Source: Candidatus Bathyanammoxibius amoris
Lineage (GTDB): Bacteria; Planctomycetota; Brocadiia; Brocadiales; Bathyanammoxibiaceae
Assembly (NCBI GenBank): GCA_024451685.1
Contig: JAMXCW010000005.1
Location: forward strand, 78,616 to 142,615
Length of the DNA: 64,000 bases
Reading direction: 5' to 3'
The notes under the pieces were generated by a model. It was not told the origin of the DNA, did no database searches, and was given only the letters and a program-made list of their open reading frames with translations. Of the stretch, positions 36,108 through 44,808 are shown one piece after another (the stretch's first letter is position 1; the number at the start of each line of letters is the position of its first letter). The translations under genes were made by a program, and so were the position numbers.

Positions 36108-36783
36108 AGCCTAATTCAAAAGAGCTCTCACAGGTCTGGTCGCCGTGTGCGACGCACTTTCTTCTGGAGTGCTTGATGGAAGAATTCATGCCGTTTCCAA
36201 AGCCCGATGTCCAGGATATCAGGATGTCGCATACGGCCTTGGCAGGTGCGTTAACGGCCTCCCAATACTTGCCGTGAATGCAGGTAGTGTGGTCCCAGAC
36301 GATTTTCTTCTCCGTCTCATCCATTACCTGCGCGCCTCTGTCGCACGGCATACCATCGCAGTAATTGTCGAGTAAGAGCTCAAAGGCCTTCCCCGGTGTT
36401 TTATCGTCGCCACCCAGTCCCTTCTCCTCCGCGGCCTTTTGGCCGCAGCTCTGGCCGCATTTATACGCGGCCTGAGACGCCACGTCCTTGGCCTCGTCAC
36501 CGTATTTATTGTAAAAGGCGGTGATAACGGCCGCTTCGCGGGTCTCCACGTTATCTATCAGTCCTTGTATTCCGGAATGGATGGGCTGGTCTTCCAGTAT
36601 CTCCTCCAGGGGCTTGTCATCGTTATGCGATTCAGGGTAAGTTTTGTAGACGTCTGCCAGTAAGGCATCGGCGTCCGGCCCGTACTTGTCTTTTAGACCC
36701 TGAACGATGGCCTTCTCCCTGGCCTCGGAGACTTTGATCTTCTTGTGCATCCAGTGATGGATGGGTCCCAGAACTAAACTCAT
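36106..36783 (-). CDS. Cys/His-rich hypothetical protein (possibly ATC-hydrolase/V4R-like fold, very tentative)
   Basis: 225-aa ORF with conserved-looking CDGMPCDRG...WDHTTCIH...CVAHGDQTCESSFE. No secure family call. Confidence 0.55.
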   Translation of the reverse strand: MSLVLGPIHHWMHKKIKVSEAREKAIVQGLKDKYGPDADALLADVYKTYPESHNDDKPLEEILEDQPIHSGIQGLIDNVETREAAVITAFYNKYGDEAKDVASQAAYKCGQSCGQKAAEEKGLGGDDKTPGKAFELLLDNYCDGMPCDRGAQVMDETEKKIVWDHTTCIHGKYWEAVNAPAKAVCDILISWTSGFGNGMNSSIKHSRRKCVAHGDQTCESSFELG

Positions 36784-36822
36784 GTGTCTTTTACTCCTTT
36801 CGCCGGTGTTTTGGCGAGAGGC

Positions 36823-37047
36823 CTACACGGCCTCCACGCACTCCACCTCCGGTATCTCTTCTTTTAATCTGGCCTCGACGCCCATCTTGAGCGTTACTAA
36901 TGCACTGGGACAGGTTCCACAGGCTCCCATCAGCTTTACCTTTACCACGTTGTCTTCTATGCCGACAAAATCTATATCACCGCCGTCAGCCTGCAGTGCA
37001 GGTCTTATCTCTTCGAGAACTTGTTTTACTTTTTCGGTATCAATCAT
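36823..37047 (-). CDS. NifU-like C-terminal domain Fe-S cluster carrier protein
   Basis: IRPALQADGGDI.FV......V.V.L.GACGTCPSA is the canonical Nfu/NifU-C motif. 74 aa. Confidence 0.85.
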   Translation of the reverse strand: MIDTEKVKQVLEEIRPALQADGGDIDFVGIEDNVVKVKLMGACGTCPSALVTLKMGVEARLKEEIPEVECVEAV

Positions 37048-37127
37048 GGGGAAAACTCCTCCGGACAGTTCGCGGTTTACAAAAGAGAAAACAGTTTAAC
37101 TGATACTAAGCATGGCTTACGGGGCCA

Positions 37128-37349
37128 CTAGTTTTTCGCTGCCTTTTCGATGGCCTCATTAAGCTCCTTCACGATTATTTCAGGGTCCATGTTGTGCATC
37201 ATGGCCCCGAAGGCAATGTCTTCCATCTTGGAGCCGGGACAGGTGAAGCAGCCCGAACCAAAGTATTTCTTAAACACTTCTTCGGTTTCCGGGTAGTTGT
37301 TGATGACATCACCCAGACTAGACTTTTTCGTAATAGGGGGTTTGTCCAT
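37128..37349 (-). CDS. DUF1858 (hybrid-cluster-protein-associated redox disulfide) domain protein
   Basis: 73 aa with the GCFTCPGS...EDIAFGAMMH pattern, recognised from memory as DUF1858/TIGR03980-like. Confidence 0.7.
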   Translation of the reverse strand: MDKPPITKKSSLGDVINNYPETEEVFKKYFGSGCFTCPGSKMEDIAFGAMMHNMDPEIIVKELNEAIEKAAKN

Positions 37350-37377
37350 ATTGTAATCAGTCTCCTTTTAAAACCCG

Positions 37378-37851
37378 TCAGTCAGTTTCTGGGGCCGGCC
37401 TGATGCTGGCAAGGATGTTGACCACGAAAAGGCCGGTACCTAGCACGGACAAAAGTGCAAACACTCCGGTCAGAAGCTGTGAATAACCCCAGAGGCCGAC
37501 GAGACCCAACAAACCTATATTGGCAAGCCAGAAATGGTACGCCATGAACTGCGGATAGGCCACGGGGTTCCCGCTGAACCGGGGCAGGATATGGTATCCA
37601 ACACCGTATATCATCATTGACACCCATCCGAGAAGGTTCAGGTGTGAATGCGCAAATCTCAGATGCACATCGTCCTCAAGCCCAAAAAACGCCATTAAAA
37701 GTCCCAAACAAGTACCTATAAAGAGATATATAACGCTAGCAGCGACAAAATTTCTTGCTACTGGATCCACTAGTTCTCCTCCTGGGTTGCTTTCGGGGCA
37801 GATAACTAATGAAACGCCGCTATGGCCGTTCGTCTGCCAGTGTACAATCAT
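37378..37851 (-). CDS. four-TM membrane protein with HSH...LLGW...Y..GYHILPRF motif, function unknown
   Basis: 157-aa ORF with four hydrophobic helices. The His-rich helix loosely recalls haem-copper oxidase subunit I helices. Confidence 0.55.
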   Translation of the reverse strand: MIVHWQTNGHSGVSLVICPESNPGGELVDPVARNFVAASVIYLFIGTCLGLLMAFFGLEDDVHLRFAHSHLNLLGWVSMMIYGVGYHILPRFSGNPVAYPQFMAYHFWLANIGLLGLVGLWGYSQLLTGVFALLSVLGTGLFVVNILASIRPAPETD

Positions 37852-37943
37852 TTAACCCTATTCAGAATCGATGTATTTGTCAATATAAAAATAAAACCAG
37901 CTCGTGGAGTATACAGGCATGAACGGCCGTTTTTAACGTTTGG

Positions 37944-37965
37944 CCTTTTGTTTTAAAACAAAAAG
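37944..37965. promoter_or_regulatory. perfect 22-bp palindrome ccttttgttttaaaacaaaagg, candidate operator or 5'-UTR hairpin
   Basis: Read directly from the sequence, in the divergent region between the membrane-protein gene (minus) and hemX-like/hemA (plus). Confidence 0.3.
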
Positions 37966-38113
37966 GTTTTGGGTTCTTTGGCTTCGTTCGGGACGACACA
38001 GGGTAAACAGGGCGGTTTCCGCTCGCGGACGCAATAAAATTATGTTGATTCAAGACATTTTTTTAATTAGACTTAATTTCTGCTGTTATTATTACCATAA
38101 CCTGGTTACTACC

Positions 38114-38998
38114 ATGAACCTAGGGGTGTTATACAACCCTTTTACAATAGTAGCGCTTCTGTACCTCCTCTCCGGCGTCTGGGAGATAGGCCGCCTTACA
38201 AGACCCGACAGGTACAGCAAGCAATGGGCCGAGGGTCTGCCCATCGCCGCGTTTCTGCTGCATACCGTCCTCATTATCTTCCTTACGGCAAAGGCCGGCA
38301 ATCTACCCACGGCCAATCTCCACCAATCCGTCATCTTAATGATATGGTGTGTGGTCGGGGTGTTTATGGCGGTGGAGTATGTATACAAAGTGCCCTCGAT
38401 GGGGGCCTTCTTGTTCCCCTTTGTGACGGTCTTGAGTGTCTGCGCAATAGTCCTGCAGGGGTATCCCCTTGTTGCGTCGCCAAATCTCAGCAGGTTCTGG
38501 CTGGTCGCCCATATCATCCCTATGTTTATGGGTTACGCGGCCTTTACCCTTACCTTTATCTTCAGCGTCATGTATCTGACCCAGCAGAGGCAGTTGAAGC
38601 ACAAGTTCTTCGGGCCGGTGTTTCACGGTCTGCCTTCGCTTGAAAGACTGGACAACATGATGTGGAAGACGCTCACCCTGGGTTTCCCTTTGCTTACCGT
38701 GGGGTTGGTGCTCGGGGCCTTCTGGATGAGGTATTCTAATGTCCTTGGGCCGCAGTGGTATCTCGACTCCAAGGTGGTGATGGGGTTGGTGACCTGGCTC
38801 TTTTACGCGGCCCTGTTACACCTTAGAGTCGGCGTTTCCATGCACGGCAACAAGGTGGCCGGTCTTACCATTGCTGCGTTTATACTGGTGCTTTTTACGT
38901 TCCTGGGCACGTTTATTCTGGGAGCCAAGCACGGCTATCAAAGGGTTTCAGGCGATGACTCGCGGATTATCTTGGAACAATTTGAGGGTAAACGATGA
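38114..38998 (+). CDS. CcsA-like cytochrome c assembly family membrane protein (HemX-type, upstream of hemA)
   Basis: Eight hydrophobic helices and a W-rich segment (GAFWMRYS..GPQWYLD). It overlaps the hemA start by 4 nt as in hemA/hemX operons. The ATG at 38114 is chosen; the longest ORF begins at a TTG at 37940. Confidence 0.7.
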   Translation: MNLGVLYNPFTIVALLYLLSGVWEIGRLTRPDRYSKQWAEGLPIAAFLLHTVLIIFLTAKAGNLPTANLHQSVILMIWCVVGVFMAVEYVYKVPSMGAFLFPFVTVLSVCAIVLQGYPLVASPNLSRFWLVAHIIPMFMGYAAFTLTFIFSVMYLTQQRQLKHKFFGPVFHGLPSLERLDNMMWKTLTLGFPLLTVGLVLGAFWMRYSNVLGPQWYLDSKVVMGLVTWLFYAALLHLRVGVSMHGNKVAGLTIAAFILVLFTFLGTFILGAKHGYQRVSGDDSRIILEQFEGKR

Positions 38999-40308
38999 AT
39001 TTGCTGGTCGTTGGGCTAAACCATAAGAAAGCGCCAATCGACGTAAGGGAACAGCTGGCCTTCAGCCCGTCCAGGGTCACTGAGGCCCTTGAAATATTGC
39101 ATAATAAATATCCTTCCTGTGAGGCAGTGATACTCTCGACCTGTAACAGGGTTGAGTTATACGTCTGCTCCCCGGACGGTTCTCTGGATGAAAAGGCCGT
39201 GTTGGGTTTTCTGTCTGAATTTCACGGCATAGATACGGATAAGTTCAGGGACTATATGTACTGTTACGACGGTGCCGATCTTGTAAAGCATCTCTTTCAC
39301 GTCTCTTCAAGCCTCGATTCCATGGTGGTGGGCGAGTCACAGATACTTAGCCAGGTGAAAGAGGCCTACATGGCGGCGACCTCGTGTGAAGTTGTAGGAA
39401 AGACCACGCATCGGCTCTTCCAGCAGGCCATCGCCGTTGGCAAGGACATCCGTTCCAATAGCTGCATCTCTCAGGGGAGGGTCTCGATAAGTTCCGTAGC
39501 GGTGGAGTTTGCGGAAAAAATCTTCCAGGACTTCTCCGATAAAACCATATTCATCATAGGCGCGGGAGAGATGGCGGAACTTGTGCTCAAGTCACTTGTG
39601 GATCAGGGTACGAGGACGGTCATGGTATCTAACAGGAATTACGACAGGGCGGTTGGCCTTGCCGGTGAATATGGAGGCAGTGCGGTACGCTTTGACGACC
39701 TGGCGAAGGAATTAAGTAAGGCGGACATAGTAATAAGCTCTACCGCCGCGCCCCACTACGTGCTTCACCCTGACCACGTGAGAAAGGCTATGACCTTGCG
39801 CAAAGGCAACCCCATGTTCTTTGTGGACATTGCCGTGCCGAGGGATATAAACCCGGAGGTCGGAAGACTGGACAATGTCTACCTCTACAATATCGACGAC
39901 CTGCAATCCGTGGTGGAGAGGAACGTGGATGACAGGGGGAGAGAGATGGAGAAGTGTACTGCGATGGTGGAAGAAGAGGTAGACCGGTTCATTGCCTGGC
40001 TGGAAGAGATGAAAATAGGCCCCGCGATTGCAAACCTAAGGGAACACTTCCACACGGTCGGCAAGGAAGAGCTGAACAGGCTGAGAACAAAACTTGGAGA
40101 TGTAGATGACGACCAGTGGCGCGAGGTGGTCTACACAATGGAGAGGACGCTGAATAAGCTCTTGCACGAGCCGGCTAAGGTGGGCAAGCAGGAGGCCAAG
40201 AACGGCGGCGGGCACAGGTACGTGGAAACCATCAAGAAGCTCTTCGGTATACGCCACCCGGACCAAACCAGTCCGACGGCAGGGCAACGTTATGATAATG
40301 ACAGGTAG
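38995..40308 (+). CDS. hemA: glutamyl-tRNA reductase
   Basis: VGLNHK.API..RE, the active-site LSTCNRVELY, and NADPH loop IIGAGEMAE. 437 aa. Confidence 0.9.
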   Translation: MNLLVVGLNHKKAPIDVREQLAFSPSRVTEALEILHNKYPSCEAVILSTCNRVELYVCSPDGSLDEKAVLGFLSEFHGIDTDKFRDYMYCYDGADLVKHLFHVSSSLDSMVVGESQILSQVKEAYMAATSCEVVGKTTHRLFQQAIAVGKDIRSNSCISQGRVSISSVAVEFAEKIFQDFSDKTIFIIGAGEMAELVLKSLVDQGTRTVMVSNRNYDRAVGLAGEYGGSAVRFDDLAKELSKADIVISSTAAPHYVLHPDHVRKAMTLRKGNPMFFVDIAVPRDINPEVGRLDNVYLYNIDDLQSVVERNVDDRGREMEKCTAMVEEEVDRFIAWLEEMKIGPAIANLREHFHTVGKEELNRLRTKLGDVDDDQWREVVYTMERTLNKLLHEPAKVGKQEAKNGGGHRYVETIKKLFGIRHPDQTSPTAGQRYDNDR

Positions 40309-40443
40309 ATAGGCCACCCCTTTCCAAAACACCACAATAGGCTACACAAGCCTGCGGACGTCCAACGCATTTCCAGCCGTCCAGCCGCAAGAATTTCTTG
40401 TCATGGTCTCCGGATGCGGGCCAGCCTGCATGCTTTAAAAGGT

Positions 40444-40471
40444 TTGACACAAACACAATGACTGTGATACT
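40444..40471 (+). promoter_or_regulatory. candidate promoter TTGACA-N16-(TGT)GATACT ahead of the Bat-like operon
   Basis: The hexamers and an extended -10-like TG were read from the sequence, about 80 nt upstream of the ATG at 40550. Confidence 0.4.
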
Positions 40472-40549
40472 ATTTTTTAGGGATTAAAGGGGCGTTTTAC
40501 ACGCTATCGATATGCTGCTAACCCTACTTATTCAGAAGAAGCTGTCGAC

Positions 40550-41062
40550 ATGAAGGGCCTGTTTCTAGCGATGTGCCTGATACTTGCGACGTTATCTGGC
40601 GGGTGCATATCCGCGCAGCAGAGCACGGGTGTGGGGACTATGGCGGGCGGCGGCATCGGCGCCGGGATCGGGATGGCGTTTGGCAATCCGGCGCTTGGCG
40701 CGCTGATTGGCGCGGGCATCGGCGCCCTTGGAGGCGCGCTGGCACAAGACCACATTGAAAAAAAGAGGATGAAGAAGGAGACCGAAGAGCTGGAAAAGCA
40801 GTTGATGGAGGGGAGGGAAGCACAGGCGAAAGCGTCCCCGGATAAAGCATCAGCCTCCGACGGAAAGACATTTGTCGAAGGGCATTACGAACACGAGATG
40901 AAAAAGAAATGGGTTGATACCTCTAAAAAGGAACGTGTCTGGGTGGAAGAGAAGATGGAAGGGGAGCGCCGGGTCGAGGGGCATTATGAGGAGAGGGTGG
41001 TGACCTCCGGATACTGGGACATGTATGAAGAGGAAACCTGGGTCCCCGACCATTATGAATAA
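40550..41062 (+). CDS. glycine-zipper lipoprotein with (E/P)GHYE repeats
   Basis: Lipobox LSGC, glycine zipper GGGIGAGIGMAFGNPALGALIGAGIGALGG, and a C-terminal charged region with EGHYE, EGHYE and PDHYE. Confidence 0.7.
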   Translation: MKGLFLAMCLILATLSGGCISAQQSTGVGTMAGGGIGAGIGMAFGNPALGALIGAGIGALGGALAQDHIEKKRMKKETEELEKQLMEGREAQAKASPDKASASDGKTFVEGHYEHEMKKKWVDTSKKERVWVEEKMEGERRVEGHYEERVVTSGYWDMYEEETWVPDHYE

Positions 41063-41077
41063 TAACGAGGAGACTGG

Positions 41078-44000
41078 ATGCCGGGTGTAGACAAGCTGAA
41101 GCTGTATTTGCAGCTGGACAAGGCCAAGCGAAGGCACAATATGTTTTGCCTGGAGAAGGCCGCTATCAATATCGTGGTGGTGGCCCTGGCCCTGGCGCTG
41201 ACTGCGGTTATAATCGGGAAGTTCCTTGGGGGTGGGTTCCATTTCTATTTACTGTTCCTGCTGCCTTTTTTTGTATTTGTCGCCATAGCGCTGACGGGGC
41301 TGCAGTCCAGTTGGATTAGCTTAACCCGCACGGCCTACTTTATAGACAAGCGCTTGAACCTCAAGGCGCGTCTGATTACTGCACTTGATTGTGCCAAAAA
41401 CCCGAACCCCCCGAAATATTCCGACGTGCTTATAGCCGATGCTATAGAACAACTCGGCGATAAACAGATGAAGAAGGCCATGCCCCACAGGCTGCCGAAG
41501 ACGCTCTGGATATTGATTCTGCTCGCGATAGCCCTGCCCCTGGTACTGTTCCTGGTCCCCAACCTTCATAGAGATAGATTGCTGACGGCTTATAAAGAGT
41601 CCGAGCCTCACAGGTTGTTTAACGTTACTGGATACGAGTTGATGGAGACACCGGCAGGTGAAGAACGTGCCGACACCGTGTCGGCTGTTGAAGAAAAAAA
41701 GAAGGATGATAAAAAAGAGAGCGGAAAAGAGAAGGAGGCCGAGAAGGATAAGAAAATAGCCGGCAGGTCTCCATCTGATACGTCTACGCCGAAAGGTGCG
41801 AGGCGTAATTTGACCGGCGGTTCGTCCAGGGACAAGAAGAAGGCCGCAGAAGCGAGGGCATCAAGCAAGATGCAACAGGAGGCAAGAAAAGAAATAAAGA
41901 AAGAGATGAGCTCAATAGCCAAACTGCTGGCGAAATTGATGCCGCCACCATCCGACGCCCAGGGACAGCCGCCGCTTCCCATACCTGGACTACCCAGTTC
42001 CGGCGGTTCTGGAGGACAGAAGGAAGGAACCGAGGGGAAGCAGGGCTCCTCTTCCAGTGAACAGCAGCAAGGCAAGGGAGAGTCTTCCGAGACTGCGGGA
42101 AAGGGCAGTGACACCCAAAAACAGCAGGACGCCTCGGGAGGGGCCGAGTCCGGCAGTTCCACGGCTGCCGCCGGGTCCGCAGGTCAAGATGCGGATCGAG
42201 AGAAAGGCACATCAACGTCCTCAACGTCCTCCTCCGGCGGGGAAGGCGATAGCGATCAACAGCAGCAACAGCAACAGACGGCTTCCTCTGGCGGGTCCGG
42301 TACCGGCAGCTCCGGCAGGCAAGAGAGTCAGGGTGGAGAAGGAAAGGAACAGAAGGGTCCGGCAGGTTCCGGCAGTGGTTCTCAGGACAAACAACCTGAG
42401 GATAAGATGGCCGGGGGAGATACCTCCAAGGAGGGCGAATCGAAACAAGGGGATTCAGAAGGCGAAGGTTCTAAGTCAAAATCCCAGTCGCTTGCCTCAA
42501 AGGTCAGAAATAAGTTAAGGCCCCCGATGCCATCCATAGACATTAGCCCAACGCCCCAGAAGCAGCAGCAGGGGGGCGGACAGGGCGGTAAGGATAAGAA
42601 GGGTACGGGCGGAGGTGGTAGCGAGTCAGGAGAGAAGGACAGCTCTGGGACGGGCTCGCAGGAAAAAAGTATGGCTCAGGCAGGAGGTACTAAGGGCACA
42701 CAGGAGACCCGGGAAACTCAGGGGTCTTCACAAACCGAGGGCAGCACAGGTGAGCAAAAAGGAGGCTCTCAGCAGCAAAAAGAGGGCTCCACAGGGACTG
42801 GAAGTAGATCCGTAGCTCAGGCCCCCGGCGCAAGGGGGAAAAAGGCGGGCGAAGCCGGTACGGGCGGCGACAGTGCTGAGGGCGGCGGCGGTTCTGAAGG
42901 GGATTCTCAGTCAAAAGGTAGTGCCGGCGGAGCTTCAGGCAAACAGGGTGAACAAGGAGGGTCTGCGACCCAGACGGCTGGTGCCGAAGGCGGCGGCGCA
43001 GGTAAAAGTGCTGGCCAAGAGGCGGGTAAAGAGGGAGATAAAGGTGGAGGCAAGGACGCAGGGGGAAAATTGGCGGATAAAGGCCGGGAAGGCGGTAAGG
43101 GTGGCAGTGGCAGTGAGAGTGGTGAAACGTCTGGGGCCGCCGGTGGTGACAGTGCGGGTTCAGGTTCAAAGGGCGGTGCGTCATCATCACAGGACAAAGA
43201 ACGTCTGGCCAGGGGGGGAGAATCCGAGGGCAAAGGCGCCAGTGGTGAGAAGAAAGAAGGGGCCGGTGGTGACAGCACGGGTTCAGGTTCAAGGAACGGT
43301 GCGTCATCATCACAAAACAAAGAACGTCTGGCCAGAGGGGAAAAATCCGAGGGCAAAGGCGCCAGTGGTGAGAAGAAAGAAGGGGCCGGTGGCAGCGGCG
43401 GAGAAGCAGAGGGTTCCAAGAAGGTAGCCAGTGCTGGAGAGGCATCCAAGAAGAAACCTGACAGGGGCGGTCAAGAAGCGGGAGGCAGTTCCGGGACAGA
43501 AGAAGGCCGGAGTGAAGCTGGCAAGAGTGGCGAACAAGGCACATCGAAATCAGGGGATGATAAGGTAGCCCGTGGCACCGGGAAGGAGAGCGGGACAGAG
43601 AAGGGTAAGGGGGGCAAGAAAAGCGCAGGTAAAGAGCCTGATGATGGGACAAATAGCGGCGGCGGTATGCCTAAGGGACAGAAGCTTTCAAAAGGAGACT
43701 CTGGTTCCAAAGGTGGTGGCGGGGCCGGTAAAGGTAAGGGCGGTCAGGAAGGGTCTTCGCAGGCAGGTGGCAAAAAGGCGGGCCAGGCTGCTGGAAGTAA
43801 AGGGGGGTCTGGTAGCGGCAGCAAGGGTGCGGGCGCGCAGGCCGGAAGCGGCGAAGCAAAGGGCGGCGCCGGCGAATCCAAGCAGCTTGCGACCAGTGAC
43901 TCTGGTTCCAAAGGTGGTGGCGGTGCCGGTAAAGGCGGCAAGAGTGGCAAAGGTCAGGAACAGGGAGGGAGCCGCTTGGCGTCCGCCGGTAAAAGGACAG

Positions 44001-44803
44001 GACCCATAAGACCGGGCAGGTCAACCGGCGATACCGGGGAGTCGGGGGGGCGCAGAGGAGATATGGCGACCGGAGGCCGGGGTTCCATGGGACCCGAAGG
44101 CACAACGGATAAGTCGGTGGCCGTACATCAACTTAAAAAAGAGATACGGCGTACCGCGAAAAATATATCTTACGACCTTGAGAGATTGGACAGGATTGCG
44201 CGCGCAAATACGCGGCAGCCCCGCCCCGGCAGCAGACAGCAGCAGAGCGGCTCTGGCGAGCAGTCCTTTAAGAAAGGGTCCGGTTCGGAACAGGGCCCGG
44301 AAGATACAGGGAGACAAGACGAGGGTGACATCAGGGAGTTGTCCCGGCAGCCAGGCGATAAGTCAGGCCAAAAGGCCGGAAGCAACGCGGGCGGTGCCAA
44401 ACCCGGTGCCATCCCCTCCGCGGGTGAGACAGGCGGCGGCGGCGGCGGGGGAGAGGAGGCACAAACTGGAGAGGATATGATGGGTGGCAGGACCGGGGGG
44501 AGCCGGCCCGGGACCATCCTGTATTCAGACGAGGAGGAAAATATGGACGTCACCCCCGGCAAGACCTATGATTTACGAATCAGGGGTGACAATACTGAAG
44601 CCGGTGAAGACCGGGATGTGGAGTCTGCGGGGACAGAAGTGATAGAAAGACGAGATGTATTCAAAAAGTATGCTCCCACCGTGGGGGTCGACGAAAACGC
44701 TGCCTTGAGCGACGAACAGGCCGAGGATGATGCCGTAAGGAAGGTGCATATACCCGTGGAGTATGAGTCTATAATAAAAAATATCTACACCGAGGAGAAG
44801 TAA
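41078..44803 (+). CDS. giant membrane-anchored low-complexity protein (DUF4175-like ends, tentative) of the Bat-like operon
   Basis: 1241-aa ORF with a GAGGAG Shine-Dalgarno and three N-terminal TM helices within the first 160 aa or so. About 900 aa follow of G/S/K/E/Q/A low complexity. The C-terminal tail is ...VHIPVEYESIIKNIYTEEK. The gene ends 5 nt before moxR. Confidence 0.75.
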   Translation: MPGVDKLKLYLQLDKAKRRHNMFCLEKAAINIVVVALALALTAVIIGKFLGGGFHFYLLFLLPFFVFVAIALTGLQSSWISLTRTAYFIDKRLNLKARLITALDCAKNPNPPKYSDVLIADAIEQLGDKQMKKAMPHRLPKTLWILILLAIALPLVLFLVPNLHRDRLLTAYKESEPHRLFNVTGYELMETPAGEERADTVSAVEEKKKDDKKESGKEKEAEKDKKIAGRSPSDTSTPKGARRNLTGGSSRDKKKAAEARASSKMQQEARKEIKKEMSSIAKLLAKLMPPPSDAQGQPPLPIPGLPSSGGSGGQKEGTEGKQGSSSSEQQQGKGESSETAGKGSDTQKQQDASGGAESGSSTAAAGSAGQDADREKGTSTSSTSSSGGEGDSDQQQQQQQTASSGGSGTGSSGRQESQGGEGKEQKGPAGSGSGSQDKQPEDKMAGGDTSKEGESKQGDSEGEGSKSKSQSLASKVRNKLRPPMPSIDISPTPQKQQQGGGQGGKDKKGTGGGGSESGEKDSSGTGSQEKSMAQAGGTKGTQETRETQGSSQTEGSTGEQKGGSQQQKEGSTGTGSRSVAQAPGARGKKAGEAGTGGDSAEGGGGSEGDSQSKGSAGGASGKQGEQGGSATQTAGAEGGGAGKSAGQEAGKEGDKGGGKDAGGKLADKGREGGKGGSGSESGETSGAAGGDSAGSGSKGGASSSQDKERLARGGESEGKGASGEKKEGAGGDSTGSGSRNGASSSQNKERLARGEKSEGKGASGEKKEGAGGSGGEAEGSKKVASAGEASKKKPDRGGQEAGGSSGTEEGRSEAGKSGEQGTSKSGDDKVARGTGKESGTEKGKGGKKSAGKEPDDGTNSGGGMPKGQKLSKGDSGSKGGGGAGKGKGGQEGSSQAGGKKAGQAAGSKGGSGSGSKGAGAQAGSGEAKGGAGESKQLATSDSGSKGGGGAGKGGKSGKGQEQGGSRLASAGKRTGPIRPGRSTGDTGESGGRRGDMATGGRGSMGPEGTTDKSVAVHQLKKEIRRTAKNISYDLERLDRIARANTRQPRPGSRQQQSGSGEQSFKKGSGSEQGPEDTGRQDEGDIRELSRQPGDKSGQKAGSNAGGAKPGAIPSAGETGGGGGGGEEAQTGEDMMGGRTGGSRPGTILYSDEEENMDVTPGKTYDLRIRGDNTEAGEDRDVESAGTEVIERRDVFKKYAPTVGVDENAALSDEQAEDDAVRKVHIPVEYESIIKNIYTEEK
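43133..43396 (+). repeat. in-frame tandem repeat, 126-bp and 123-bp units plus a partial third
   Basis: Units start at 43133, 43259 and 43382. They encode GA(A)GGDS(A/T)GSGS(K/R)(G/N)GASSSQ(D/N)KERLARG.(E/K)SEGKGASGEKKE twice. Confidence 0.9.
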
Positions 44804-44808
44804 CGGTA

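Noticed and set aside
37940-38113. 58-codon N-terminal extension of the hemX-like ORF from a TTG start
   Set aside because: The extension is basic and non-hydrophobic, and it spans the 22-bp palindrome. The protein length from the ATG at 38114 matches CcsA/HemX-like proteins better.
41608-44562. Many long alternative-frame and antisense ORFs inside the giant low-complexity gene (for example 42690-43652, 320 aa, and 42907-43449)
   Set aside because: They arise from the GGN/AAG/GAA-rich periodic composition, which removes stop codons in several frames. Only the plus-strand 41078-44803 frame has a Shine-Dalgarno, N-terminal TM helices and tight coupling to moxR.
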